Below, piece after piece: positions 25,060 to 40,187 of a DNA stretch of 64,000 bases. The notes under the pieces were generated by a model that was not told the DNA's origin, did not search any database, and was given only the letters and a program-made list of their open reading frames with translations. The DNA comes from Cirrosporium novae-zelandiae. Lineage: Eukaryota. Each line of letters starts with the position of its first letter. Position 1 is the first letter of the stretch. A program made the translations under genes and the position numbers. The stretch covers positions 434,001 to 498,000 of the forward strand of contig JAPETS010000001.1 in NCBI GenBank assembly GCA_026023565.1, given 5' to 3'.

Positions 25060-26021
25060 CTATTGCCCATCAGCTTTCGGTTTAATTAGTGGTTTGAACT
25101 CTTCGGGCTTGATTTCCTTCTCAAAATCTGGTCGAGGGATCTCCATTCCAAGAACTGTGCGGCCATAACTGATGCCCCCTAGACGACTCATTGGGCGGAA
25201 AACTCCAGGGTCAATGAGGTTCTTCTCGTTATTAATAGCATCTTCACGGGCCCAGAATCTTGTTCCTTCAATTATGGCCAGGACACCCGTCTTTTTCCCA
25301 GGCGTGGCTCGACTTTCGAATTCCTTGGTTTCCACCAACTTTCCTTCGACAGAGAAAATAGACTCTTTAACTCTTGAGCATTTGACTGTTGTGCAGGGTG
25401 CAGGTGTCAGGCCCGTGAGTGTCCATTCTGATATCCCATAAGGAGCGTTTATGGACGCGGCATTAGCTGCTTCGGCGAAGTGTTCCGAGATCATATTTAT
25501 AACGCATTCCTCCGTCTCTACAAGATTCCGAAGGGTGTCTTTTGCCTTTTCATAGCCCCCAGCAAACCCGACAATAAATAATGGAGGATCATGATTGATA
25601 ACCTGGGTATAGCTGAAAGGCGCGAGATTGGTACTCTTGCCGTCCTTAGATCTAGTGCTCACAAATCCAATTGGTCGTGGAATAATTGCGCCACTACTCA
25701 GATTATCAGTACTGTGTGAGGAAACTCAGGTCGAATGTAGATAATAATTACGACATACATCAAAAGTTTGTAATTGAAGACCGCAGGCCTACCTTCTTCG
25801 TAGGGATCGATTTCAATTGCTTTCTTTTTCAAGCTTTCTCCTCCGTCATTGGCACCTTGACCAAGTTTCCAATTCGGATCCCGCGTCTTTGTGAATCTTA
25901 ACTCATGGTCCTCCCAATCTGGCCTTGAGCTTTCGACTTTTTTGAAATCTGGATGCGGGTTGCGCTGCACAGTTTTCTCGGAGTCCATCTTTTGTTCGTT
26001 CTCGCCAAAGGTTTCGGCCAT
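25060..26021 (-). CDS. Flavin-reductase-like FMN-binding split-barrel protein (YwrF/flavoredoxin-like 'flavoprotein oxygenase')
   Basis: NYKLL|..IIPRPIGFVSTRS..NLAPFSY..KDTLRNL..ECVIN..RLGGISYGR; one intron near 25705-25756. Confidence 0.85.
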
Positions 26022-26492
26022 TCTTGTAGAAGATGAATGTGCTAATTGATTTATAGTGGGGTGAGCTTTTAGTGCAAAGTGAGCGTCCGTGGGGCGAGCA
26101 CGCTGTGCAGTCAAACTAAGACCCGTAAGCCGTTCATGGAGATTAAGATGGGAATTATATCGAATACTACCTTAAATTCCTAGGATAGAAGCGTCTTGAA
26201 ACTAGCATAAGTATAAATTTGCTTCTATGGGAATAATATGAACCCAATACCTTTGAAGTGTCGATAGTTGTGATGGCCTTCATGGGGGGTCAAGGGCTTG
26301 CATTATTAAAAAAGTACTTGTAAACAAAGGGTAGGTGTCGTTATATTACAAGAATAGCCGGAATACAAGATAACATGTACTTTCTATAGTGTTTAAAATG
26401 CAGACACAAGCTACATACACATATCACACAACATTTCTGCTGTTTTTGCTACAGGTCAGAAGACATAGGTAGTACTTGCAATGTCTCAAGAA

Positions 26493-26510
26493 CTTATCCT
26501 TATCGATAAG
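26493..26510. promoter_or_regulatory. Three abutting GATA elements (CTTATC CTTATC GATAAG), candidate AreA/NIT2 sites
   Basis: Sequence seen directly in the divergent promoter; a further AGATAA lies at 26368-26373. Confidence 0.55.
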
Positions 26511-26756
26511 TAAGTGAGGGGAAATCAGCCTAATAGTTTCCAGGTTCTATAGAACGATTGAACACAAGGGGAAGAAGATCTTAACGAATTATAAAAGGGC
26601 ATTCGTATCCGGGAGAGATTGGATTTGCATATACCTGCTTCCAAAATTTCCCCACTACTCTGTAGTCTAAAAAATACACTTAACCAGTTGCACAAAAAGG
26701 GTCGTTTTCTAGACTTTGGCTCAGAGCTATTGCATTACAACACAACTTGCGGGACA

Positions 26757-28140
26757 ATGGGAGAAGGTTATAAAATCCATAAGCTTGGTGATTGGGAATT
26801 GCAAAGCGGCGAGATTCTTCCAGATGCGTTTATTGCGTATAGCACCTACGGAAACCCAAGATCCCCAGCAATTGTCTACCCAACATGGTTTTCGGGCTGT
26901 ATGTCATGAATTACCTGATAGAAGTGATGTCGATGTTAACTGAATCCAAGCAATATCCGATAACTCGTGGCTTATCGGAGAGGACAAGACATTGGATCCA
27001 AGAAAATACTTCATAATCATTCCGGCTCTTTTTGGCAATGGCCAATCCTCTTCTCCATCAAACCACCCTTCTGGTAGTTCGTTCCCGAGTTGCGGGTTCT
27101 ATGACAATGTTCGAGCCCAGCACAATCTTGTCACAAGGCACTTGCGGATTTCCCATCTCCGAGCTGTTACTGGATGGTCGATGGGTGCTGGGCAAACCTA
27201 TCAATGGGCTACTATGTATCCAGACTTTATGGATCTCATAGTTCCTTTCTGTGGCGCAGCTAAAACATCTATGCACAATCAGGTCTTCTTAGAAAGTCTC
27301 AAAGCTACCTTGGTAAGCATAAAACTTGGTCCTCAACAGTCGGAGCCATTAACCGACATATATTCCAACAGCTAGCAGTGAAGAAAACCCCTTCCCCTGG
27401 GAATTGCAATTCCGCCGGCACGGGACAAAATCCGCGTAGAACATGGACAGAAGAAGAAAATAATGTTGGCTTGAGGTCATTTGGAAGGGTATATGCAGGA
27501 TGGTATGGCCCTCATTTTCCAACTTCCAGAAACAAAAATAACATACATCAACAGGGGCTTTAGCCAGGCTTTCTATAGAGAAAGACTTTTTGTGAAATAT
27601 TTTAGGTGCAAAGACTTGGAATCATTCCTGGTCTCGTTCTGGGAAGAATGGGCACTGTCAAAAGGTAACAGGCTAGATGGAAGCTAGTAACCCAAAGCCA
27701 CCTGCTAATGAGTCTTATTAAACTAGATCCAGAGAATTTGCTGGTGATGCTACACACCTGGCAAACTGGAGACTGCTCTCAACAAGCCCCGTATAATGGC
27801 GACTTTGAAATGGCTATGCAGGGTATCAAGGCTAAAGCCTTAGTGCTTCCCTGCAGAACCGACCTCTACTTTCCGTAAGGGCACCAATTTCCGCTTGGCT
27901 ATTCCTAGCTAATGATAATGGAAGGCCCGAAGATTCTGAGATTGAAGTTACTAATATGATGGAGGGTGTTGGGAGATTAGATGTTTTCCCAAGCACTTGG
28001 GGCCGTGAGTGCGTCATTTCAAGCTATTAAATAAAAACTAACCGCAAATAGATTGGGCTGGTGGCCCTGGCGATAGCGGAGAAGATGTCGAGTGGCTTGA
28101 CGCAAAGGTGGCCGAATTTTTTGCAGAACATGGGCAATGA
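26757..28140 (+). CDS. Alpha/beta hydrolase, homoserine O-acetyltransferase (MetX)-like family; 7 exons, intact
   Basis: LGDWELQSGE..YSTYG..YPTWFSG; ALFGNGQSSSPSN; nucleophile GWSMG; acid TDLYFPPED; His WGHWAGGP. All six GT-AG introns restore the frame. Confidence 0.87.
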
Positions 28141-28885
28141 TTTGAGAGAAGAGTCAGGCTTGACACCTTAAAGGTGATATAGCCACACACAAAAAAAAAG
28201 CATCATTCAAACATATTTGTTTACAAATCAGATTTCTGTTGTCTTTGTTGGTAGGTTTCCCAATCCTACCTGGGTATTTACATTAAAAATCAGTAATGTA
28301 CCTAGGTAGTTCAAATTTAATACTTGTTCCTGGGGTCAGATTTTGGTATAGTAGAGTCAATATCTGAGACATAATTTTCTTTACTATAGACAGATTCTTC
28401 TCATACCTAGAACACGTTAATATTAGCTCAACGGTATTTAGAACATGTAGTTAATAATAAAGTGTTCCGTATGCAGCTCCTTTGAGAAATTTGCTGGTGT
28501 GTAAATAATGCTATCTGGGGTGTTTCCATCGCATGTGCACGTACCATGTTCTTGAGTACTCGCTCTCGGAATGAGTTCATCAAACCTCCGACTGCTATTC
28601 ACATCTAGTAATACTCGTTACGATACCTCTTCTTCCAATAATTACAACTTCCTCAAAGTCTTTAATTTAAGTCATTAGACTACTACCCGGTCATTTCATC
28701 CATTCATTCCTCCTGCGATGGGAGAGAATTTCAACGTCTATCATACTTGACCATAGTCATCTTCTGTTTCCAATAGAATCACCCTTTCTTCGATGGATTT
28801 AACCAGCTTTCTATAATTCATTAATCCCCTTATCCTAGCGCTCATCTCATAGCATCCTTATTCCAATCTATAGAAATAGTCAACT

Positions 28886-31138
<2,253 letters not shown>

Positions 31139-32878
31139 GGTATTTTAAAGTGTCAGGGCAGATGCTGAACGAACTCTCAAACCCCATTCATATTTCATCG
31201 CCTATCCTGAATTTATTCTGAGGGGCTTAAATAGGTCCACCACCCACATCAGGACGCCGCGCTTCTTTTTGAAGGAGCGTCGAACCAGATGTTACTCCAC
31301 TTTATCAGGAGCAAGATATGCCTGCAGAACCGTTATTGCCATAGAGCTGACATACGTGTGCAGAAATTCACCTCTTACAGGATGGATGAGCCAATACTTT
31401 AATTGGAAAGGCGTTTCATATCATTGAGCATCGAACCCTAGAGGGATAGCGCGGTCGACTTATCTTCAGCTTTACTGGCGTATTGGTCTAATAAAAATAA
31501 AAACAGCTTAGAGATCAAGTAGCTTAGGGGAGGGAGGGGAATGGTTAGCTGTTTAATGTACATAGCTTTTACATGAATAGAAGAGATTTAAAGAAGCCTA
31601 CGGGCTTCAACAAAGACCAACCGAGGTGACATGCAACTTGATTTTTGCGGAGTTTCATGATTGCATCATTGGTTCAGTCATGGCATTCTGTAGATGATAA
31701 GAGGATGGCGGGAGATGTCATTGGCGTGTTGAATATGGGGTTTCAGAGACATTTGACGTGTGGGTTTTAAAGAGGTTGCAGGAAGTTAATTGTCGTGATG
31801 AAGTTTATCGTAGGACAAGCACGATAATCCACCAGATGGTAAATGGTGGCTTTCTTAGCGGGAAGTATTTGTAGGCCTATAATTTATGGATGATCCTATT
31901 AGATTTATATCCATCGTAGGTACTTCCTCTGTCCAAGGCTTGGTCGCCTGAGTAATTATTTACCCCATGATTCATCCCTTTTACCCGCAGACCAGGCGCG
32001 GCGGCGGCCTACAGCCTACAGCGAGAATAGAATTAAGATGACAGTTTTATACTTTGAAACTCCGTCCCCCCCCAATTCATTCATTCAAAGCCATGGAGCA
32101 TTGATTCCGCCTTGCACCAATTCGGTTGAGGCTCCCGTCCATAGATACTTAACTAATAAGTAGATTGGTAGATTGACTCGCGAGTCTCGCGAAGGTATTA
32201 GGTACTATCCTCGGCCCCTCGTACCTAACCATTTTATTTACTTTGTTCCGCACAAATCCTCCACGCTTTTTCAGCTTCTCCTCTCCTCCTTTTTTTCTCT
32301 TATTCCAAGCCCACTAAGCCCGAAGCCATTAGTAATGACTCCTTTACTTCTATCTCGTTTTTGAGATCCCTGGTGCTGCAGACAGCCCTATCGACTTTGG
32401 CAGAAGGTGGTGGCATGCTATAACTATTCGAGAATCTTAGGACTAGGAGAAGCTGTAAGCCTACTCTGTAAGTCATTCGGCTCCTGTTTATTTAGATGCC
32501 ATAAAATACTGTAACTAGATACTTCTTCGTCTGTCCTTATTCCTGAATGGAGTGCTGCTGCTAATGTACTTCTGTGCCATCTTCAGTAGAGCTCGAGCTT
32601 TAAGGCATTAGGATTGTTAACAACCTAGCATTCCTCGGTATCCTTTGGCCTTCCTTCCTTTCGGACTATCAAGAACCGTAGAAATCCGGCTTTACATTCA
32701 TTACCCATTTGAAGAGAATTTCCCTTTCCACCAACGACGTTTTCCCGGTTCCTAAGACCTTGATCCTTCGACTCTCCCTAGGGAGGAAGATTTTCAGGAT
32801 ACTCGCACTGAAGGTCTAGAGTGTCTACAAAAGATCTCGGAGGTGGAGCGAGGACTTGATTCAATAAAAGGGTACTGA

Positions 32879-35344
32879 ATGTGGAGTCAAATATTGGATA
32901 GGTACGTCAGAAATAGATCCAGGAAGGGCCAAGTCATATATAAAACAGCAAAAGTTTTTAGAGTCTATTACTAGGCTTTCACGCATGCTACAAGACGTTC
33001 ATAGAAATTAGGTCTAGGAGGTCCCTTGAAGTTCCTCCGATTCCTGTGGGAATTACCTGAATATTTCAACCTCAGGATTTTCAGCCTGAGCCCTAACCTC
33101 TACCGGAATTTTTCTGATATTTCCAATGAAGCCCCTTCAAAAATCACCTCATGCATTCTTACCATATATGCTAACCATGTTCTCAATTACTTGATATCAG
33201 CTATGACGTTGGTCAGCCACCCACACCGACGGATACACCTACATCGACAACGTTCGATAGTTCCCTATTTCAGACACCGAGAGCAGGGTCTAATATATGT
33301 GACCAAATAGTGACTTGGGATACATCAGACCTATTTGCTTTCAGTCCACTAAATTTTCGAACACCACAAAATGATCCCTTGAAGACTCCAACTAGGCGCT
33401 CGAGGGGCCCATCAAATAAGAAAAAGCTCTCCTCGGCACAAGAACCGGCTAAAAAGTCAACACCGAGAAAGCAAACTTCAAAATCCTCGAAAAGCACTAC
33501 GAAAAATTATTTGCAGACACCTCCTCCAACCAGCTCCTCTGCTGCCCGGCGAAAAGCTCAACAAGAGTTCACTTTGAAGCTCGTTCAAGCTTCAGCTGCT
33601 AAAGGTCTTAGAGGACCGCCATCTCCAGTAATGCAGAAAGATCAACCACACCCCGAGACTGAACCCACTTCTGTGGAGGAATCCCCTCAACAGTTTGGAA
33701 ACCTTCAATTCTCTCCCGATGTGTATAACTTTCCCATGTCTGGGTCTATGACGGCCCCCCCCTTACCCCAAGAAAGACTCTTCTGGGATTCCAATATGGG
33801 CTCTACAGGCGAATCAACTGGTTTTCCAAGTGTTTACGCCGACCCCTTTGTGACAAGTTCGGTTGGACTTAACTCGCTTCAAGCCCCAACTACATCATCC
33901 TTCTCCGGTCGATATGACATGGAAAATGGACTGAGGACACCGGATTTCATGAGAACACCGTCTTCCTTGTCATTTAACACACCCTCATTTCCGATCATGG
34001 CTGCTTCCCCTGTGGTAGCAAACTTCAGAAAAGAGAGTCTTGACCAATCTCTATTTATGAGCTCGCCTGCACGACGGCTGGGTCCACCGTCCATGCTCGA
34101 CCAGTCGTTTCCTTCTGCCAGCGTGAGACATATTTATGCGGGACAGGGACAAGAGCAACGATATGACCAGACCTACCAGCAACATCAAGAACTTCAATCG
34201 GTTCCATTACCCCACGGCCAGTTCTTCAACCAAGACCGACACGCTGCCAAGCGAAGAGTAACGGACGCTGCCTCAGCCCTTGGATCAAGTAAAAAAACAC
34301 AGGCTTCCATGCTCTCTAGATCGAATACCCTCCATCCAAGCAGAGCTCGGCCATCTAGTCGACGTGTCTCTCCTTCTAAGTCTGATAGGCACCCCCTCCC
34401 ACCATTCTCTCGAACCCGGACAGAAGTATCTTTCATCATCGATGAGGCTGGACGTGCAAAAACCATTACTGAGATTGTACCAATCGAAGATGAAGAGGCT
34501 GAAACGGATTTTGAAGAAGCTGTGAGCGAGAGTGAATTTTCCGATGATCCCATGGCTACAAGCCGGAACTCTTTTACTTTTCCACGACGCGGTATGCGGA
34601 AGAAACGACTGCCTCGTTATGTTTCAGACTCTGGCACGCACTCGAAGAGGTCGTCTTTCTCCTCAGGATTGGGGAATTCTAGCTCAGCAGGGGATAGTAT
34701 CAGCTCGCGGCGTATCCTTCGGCCTTCTAGGAATACATCTCATCCATTAGGTCACCTGTCTTCCAACGGATGTCCTGAGAATGAAGCAGAAGCATTTGTA
34801 GAATCTGATGAAGATGCAGCAGAAGGTGATGCCTTGACTGCCCTGGCACGAGAACGGGAATCTCATAAGCAAGGCATGTCTTTCATCGGTAATCAGTTGT
34901 TGAATCCATTGCAAGGTCAAAGCATAAATTCTTATCACCAGCCCCCCCGCCCTCACTCTGCAGCATCTCCGACTACAATTACCGACCACGACCTTTCTGT
35001 TAGTCCAGCTATCAGTCTTTCCGCCGCCACTCCCAATAGCACAACTCGTTGCATTTGCAATCGGCAGGGGAATGATGATCTCATGATTCAATGGTAAGGG
35101 CTTGCTGTAATCTCTATTCTTTTAGTTTTATAATAACTAACCTGTTCTTGGATTCAGTGAGTCATGTTTCAAATGGCTCCACGCCAAATGCATCGGTATC
35201 GATGAACGAAACGTCCCCAAAGTATTTGTCTGCATCTATTGCACCGGACAAACACCGATGGCCCGCAACGGGCGGATCAGGGGTTTGCCGTCGAGAGCCC
35301 AAACTCCATCGCCGTTAACTGGAAGGCGTGGCCGTTGTAGATGA
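32879..35344 (+). CDS. PHD-finger protein with long disordered N-terminus
   Basis: C-terminal spliced PHD TRCICN..MIQC|ESCFKWLHAKCIG..FVCIYC. Proposed first exon 32879-32901 is spliced (32902-33200) in frame to YDVGQPPTPTDTPTS; start is tentative. Confidence 0.8.
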
Positions 35345-36553
35345 TATGCAAATTCCACGTAGCCCCCAATTATCTGGCAGATAGCATATGAATTGCATGA
35401 TCGAGGGTGCAAGATTACTGATATATGGTGCCTGAGCCGAACTACACCCATGCGTTTCGATGGGGAAAAAAGGTCAGACATTTAAGAGAGGAAATTAAGT
35501 GAATAGGGGCGTGAAAACAAAGCAATATTGTCTATTCTATGCTAAGTCATGCTATTTTTAGCCATGGTTGATATCCCGTTTCATTTGTTGCAGCGAAAGG
35601 AAGCTCATAATCTGTTATGCCCACCAAAGAAAAAATATACTATCGTCCTCTTGATGTAGGAAAAAGAAGACAGTCAATATGTATAAGTAGGATTAAGGAT
35701 ATGAAGGATTTTACTGTTTTGCTATTGGAATCAGAAGTGATTTTGTGCAGAACAGAGCAAAAATGAGAAGACAACCAAGAAAGGAAGAAAACTACAAAAA
35801 AACCGACTATTGTTGAATGCTTCTCTTTCATTCGTTAAAAACTAAAAAAAAAAAATTATATGATCCCATTGAAGATCATATCAATATGGCTGTAATCTAT
35901 TATACCATTCACCACAATGCTTAGATAAAATGTTAATCCATATCATAACGCAACCCACTTAATCACCGTACTTCCTTCTTTCGCTTTCTTTCCCAAAAAA
36001 CACTCTTGACCTCGGCGCAAGATACTAGCTAGTAAGATAGTTCCTTGTGCGACCCTTAACCCGATATTTCCTCTTCCGACTTACATGAAGGTTGCTGTAG
36101 GTCCTCATGTTCTAGGTAAAACATCTCTATAGGTAATGATATCGCGCACGCGTCTTAGAGATTGGTTGCACGACTTGAGCCGTAACCGAATTTAGTCTCC
36201 GATTCCTGCTTGAACCCTCTAATAACCAAGTAACCAAGTCTCAATAATGGGGCGTCTCATGTGTATGTCTGGGACACACTCCGAGTTCTTGTAGTTTGAT
36301 TTTCCCCGCTATGTCCCGCGCCACCTATAATTGGATGAATGGTCTGGGAGCCCTCTGGTTGGCTTGCTGTTAATAGCATATTGGCATTACCCGTGAAAAA
36401 GGCTGGATAAATGCATCTCAACCGAGTAAGTTGTTGGCAGAGTTTGAGAGGGGTTATCGTTGCCTGGTCGGTGACTAAACTCGTTCCCATTAGACGAATC
36501 TCCAATGAGAGAACTTGGTTCGCCAATAGGGTCATCACGTAAGACGCGCGTTA

Positions 36554-38125
36554 TCACTCCAATACCTCGTATCCACCAATATCTCTGAAGACACCAGATC
36601 CAAGCGCAAAGCCATTGCCTTCGACGATAAACCTTTCAACTTCTCGCATCCATTTACGAATCAGGAGGAGGTTACAGCCGGATATCCTGTGGGAGCTTCT
36701 ACCTTTTACTTCTTCATAGACCTGGGAGAGGCATGTACAGGCGATCCTCAAGGGAAAGAGAATCGCAAATGCACCGACGGAACTATGTCCATCCCAGAGG
36801 TGATAATCAACGGTCCTACAGATCTCGAGCGCAATTTCTGCAAGGTTCATGGGATCGCCTGGTAAGAGGAGAGGATTTGTGCCACAGAAGTCGACTGGCG
36901 GTTTTGGGGCCACGAATGAAAATGGTGATTCATCAGGGTGTAAGGTTGAAAGTAGGCGTAGAAGAAGAAGCGCCACTGCATCATATACTGCCACAGCGTT
37001 AGCGACTCTAACGTTCGTAAAAGTAAGGATGGTCGAGAACGGGGCCGGTTTCAATCGAGACGCGTCGGCAGAAGCCACAATAGTAGTAGAAGCGTTAGCA
37101 CTCTCCCAATTCCAGCGCCAGTCATACAGTTTTTGAAGCTGGGTAATCACGGATTCCGTAAGTTTAGCACGGGTGACTGATATGAGGCCTTGGGATGCTC
37201 CAGATAACCTAAGGTCTTCAAGCGCCTTGCTGTCTGCCAAGAATCCAGGGACATTGCTCAAAATGTCTATGAGATAGCAGCTAGGGCTTTTAGGTTGAAG
37301 TGCCCAAGGAATTGTTTTCCACTCTTCTTGTTCTAGGAAAGTGTGTTGGCGACGCGTTAGACAAGCCAGGATAATTATCATACGGGAGGAGCGAAACATG
37401 TTATGCTCGAAAGCTTTTTGGTGCCTTGACGGGCCTCTAGCCAAAACTAAAGCCCCAATTCCACCTGCGTGTTGGAGCCAGCCGCTTGTACTAGTAAACG
37501 CGATGCATTCATATATTTCTAGGGTCATGGCGGTTGTAAGAACCCAATGCGAATACGCAGAGGTCAAAGTCGCAATATCCTGCTTGAACTGGCGTAAAGA
37601 AGTACCATATAGTTTCGTGCCTTCCTCGATTGCCCTCTGACAATTGTTCATTTTCCCAAAATACATGCGTGCTAAGGCGTCAAGTGCAACCGAGGGGGTG
37701 TTTGAAGTGGATGTGTAGGCTACTTCGGAGAGTATGTTGGGGTTGTAAACCGACGGCCCATCGAAGAGGTGAGAAAATAGAAAAGTATGATATATATCTT
37801 GAGCGAAAGCGGAGAGGTCAAGGTTCATTAAAAGGGCATTGCTAAAGACGCCCATAGCAAGTCCCGATGGAATAGAAATACAACGTCGTACTAACGTTGT
37901 ATCTTGATTGGATTCGGTGACTTGTTTTAGTTTCTTCTTGGCCGAAGCTTTTGCTTGAGCTTCTAGAATCCTCGGAGCTTCATCCACAAACATCTGGACA
38001 GGCGTATAACCTCGACATTCCATCTTCGCCTTCTGGCATCGTTGACATGTTGGCTTGGCCTCGTCGCACTTAACATGCCTCATCCGACATGTTCGGCATC
38101 CCTTAGACCTCATCCCGCCAGCCAT
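36554..38125 (-). CDS. Intronless Zn(II)2Cys6 transcription factor (Fungal_trans_2/DUF3468 type)
   Basis: RSKGCRTCRMRHVKCDEAKPTCQRCQKAKMECRGY; WLQHAGGIGALVLARGP; TFLEQEEWKTIPW. Confidence 0.88.
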   Translation of the reverse strand: MAGGMRSKGCRTCRMRHVKCDEAKPTCQRCQKAKMECRGYTPVQMFVDEAPRILEAQAKASAKKKLKQVTESNQDTTLVRRCISIPSGLAMGVFSNALLMNLDLSAFAQDIYHTFLFSHLFDGPSVYNPNILSEVAYTSTSNTPSVALDALARMYFGKMNNCQRAIEEGTKLYGTSLRQFKQDIATLTSAYSHWVLTTAMTLEIYECIAFTSTSGWLQHAGGIGALVLARGPSRHQKAFEHNMFRSSRMIIILACLTRRQHTFLEQEEWKTIPWALQPKSPSCYLIDILSNVPGFLADSKALEDLRLSGASQGLISVTRAKLTESVITQLQKLYDWRWNWESANASTTIVASADASRLKPAPFSTILTFTNVRVANAVAVYDAVALLLLRLLSTLHPDESPFSFVAPKPPVDFCGTNPLLLPGDPMNLAEIALEICRTVDYHLWDGHSSVGAFAILFPLRIACTCLSQVYEEVKGRSSHRISGCNLLLIRKWMREVERFIVEGNGFALGSGVFRDIGGYEVLE

Positions 38126-38849
38126 TGTAAATATCCTCGAGATAGTCAAAAAAGTATATGATTTAGTTCACGAGAGGCCCAAAGTCGAAGAGGAAATAGA
38201 TGGGGAGAACAATGAGACATTATTTGATCATCTAGGAAGATTTGCGATTAATTAATGAACCTTCTCCACCGTAACGACCATGTTTAGCTGATTTTAGCTG
38301 GAGCCTAAAGGGCTGCGTTGGTCGTTCAAGGCATTTTGATTTGATGAAAGTACCTGGCAGTAAGAGGAGTTTTCTCAGCTGTAGTTTCTCAGCTCAGCGG
38401 TTATCATTCTGCAATTTGAACCCCACCGGATAGCCATTCAACACATATATATCAATTGCATAAATATGTATAGCCCAATTCCAAAAGAAGGTATTTCTTG
38501 AAAAAGCTTAGTCTAATTATCGGGTAGGAAAATATTAAGAGGCCGTGTAATTACGAACATTACGATTATTACACGTAGTTCATAGAGGATTACATAGAAA
38601 ATACAAAACTCCTTGACATCATTCCCGTAATCCACGTGTCAGCTAAACCAACAGCTCGAACCTCAGTTTCAATAACGGAGTTATCCTTCCTATCATCGTT
38701 TAATAGTTCAATACATGAATTGCATTTGAAATTAATTACCTTTAATCCCTTTAATTCCTTTGCCTTCCCTAGTTCTTCCCTATAGTGCCTACTTCCTTCT
38801 ATTGAACTAAGGTGCATTGTTTCGAGCAGTAAATATTCTTATCACAAAT

Positions 38850-40042
38850 ATGGCGGGCTTCAAAGATGTGATGAAAGAGGGTTGGCATCCAAAGGGGAAA
38901 ACTGGTGGAAAGGAAAGTTGGAGAGGAGATTTCAAGGGAATTAACCAAGTTGTTGGTATCTTCTATACCCCCTTCTAATATCTACATTGACGGTCTGTTA
39001 GGCAGGATGGATGGGGAAGGGAAAGGATAGCTCTTCAGAGGCAGGGAATCACGTTTCGCAGCCTCTATCAACCCTAAAAGACCCTTCTTCGTTTGGTCCT
39101 CCTCCAAGGAGGGGGGATTATCATGATGGAGCAGCTACACCAAATACAACAACCCGTGCGATTGAAGAACAGGCCGCGAAACCTGCACCTCCCCCTGCAC
39201 CTTATCGAGTCAACACCACCGGTTTACCCACAGCCAATCTACCTAAGCCACCAATAAGGAGTATTCGTCCAGGTGATGGAGCAGAGCAGCACAACACAGT
39301 GCCCCAGAAGCCCAAACCCTCCCTTCCTCCCAGATTGCCTCCAAGGCAAAACTCTACCGCATCGCCTTCACCTCCTGATCCACCGCCACCCTACCAGAGC
39401 TCTGCTCCAAAATTTGGTCATGATGGCTCCTTGAATACAGGATCATTGAATCGACTCGGAAAAGCAGGGATTTCTGTACCGGGCTTTAATATTGGGGAGT
39501 CTAATTCATGGCGGAAGGAGTCCAGTTCATCACAGAATTCGACGAGCAATGGCAATCTTTCACAACTTGGAGGGTTACAATCTCGGTTTTCACAAAAGTC
39601 TACGTCACCTAATCCTGAACCACCTTCCCAAGGAACAACTTTTTCCGAGAAACAGGCCGCATTCAATACTGCAAAATCATTCCGAAACAATCCGTCTTCG
39701 GTCTCACTTGCAGATGCCAGGTCGGCTGCATCGACTGCGAATAACTTTAAACAACGGCATGGTGATCAGGTTGCTTCGGGACTTAAGACTGCAAACAGCA
39801 TGAATCAGAAATATGGCATTGCAGATAAGATGAACAGCTTCGCTAATGACCGTGCTCCGCCATCAACGGCTGGGCCATCGCCAAGTCATGACAGTCCAGC
39901 AAGTCCAGGGCTTCCTGGAATAGGTGGGAAGAAAAAGCCACCACCTCCTCCGCCACCCAAGAGAAGAACTTTCACTTCTACGAATCCGAATTCTTCAACT
40001 CCACAACCCCCACCTATTCCTTTAGCAAGTAAGCCGCGGTGA
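38850..40042 (+). CDS. Proline-rich Aim3-like (actin patch/SH3-ligand-like) protein; one intron ~38952-39001
   Basis: Conserved-looking MAGFKDVMKEGWHPKGK..ESWRGDFKGINQV|AGWMGKG; PLSTLKDPSSFGPPP; many PxxP motifs (KPSLPPRLPPR, KKKPPPPPPPK, PPPIPLASKPR). Confidence 0.7.
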
Positions 40043-40187
40043 ATTTTTTCTATCTCCATAGACTATCAATGGAAATGACTCTACTCTTTTCGAGCTGCCT
40101 TGTGACCGGCAAGGTACTTATAAATAGTGCCCACCTCGTCATTCGGAAGCTGCCTTTTGTATTTTCCGATACCAAATATCTGTCAAT

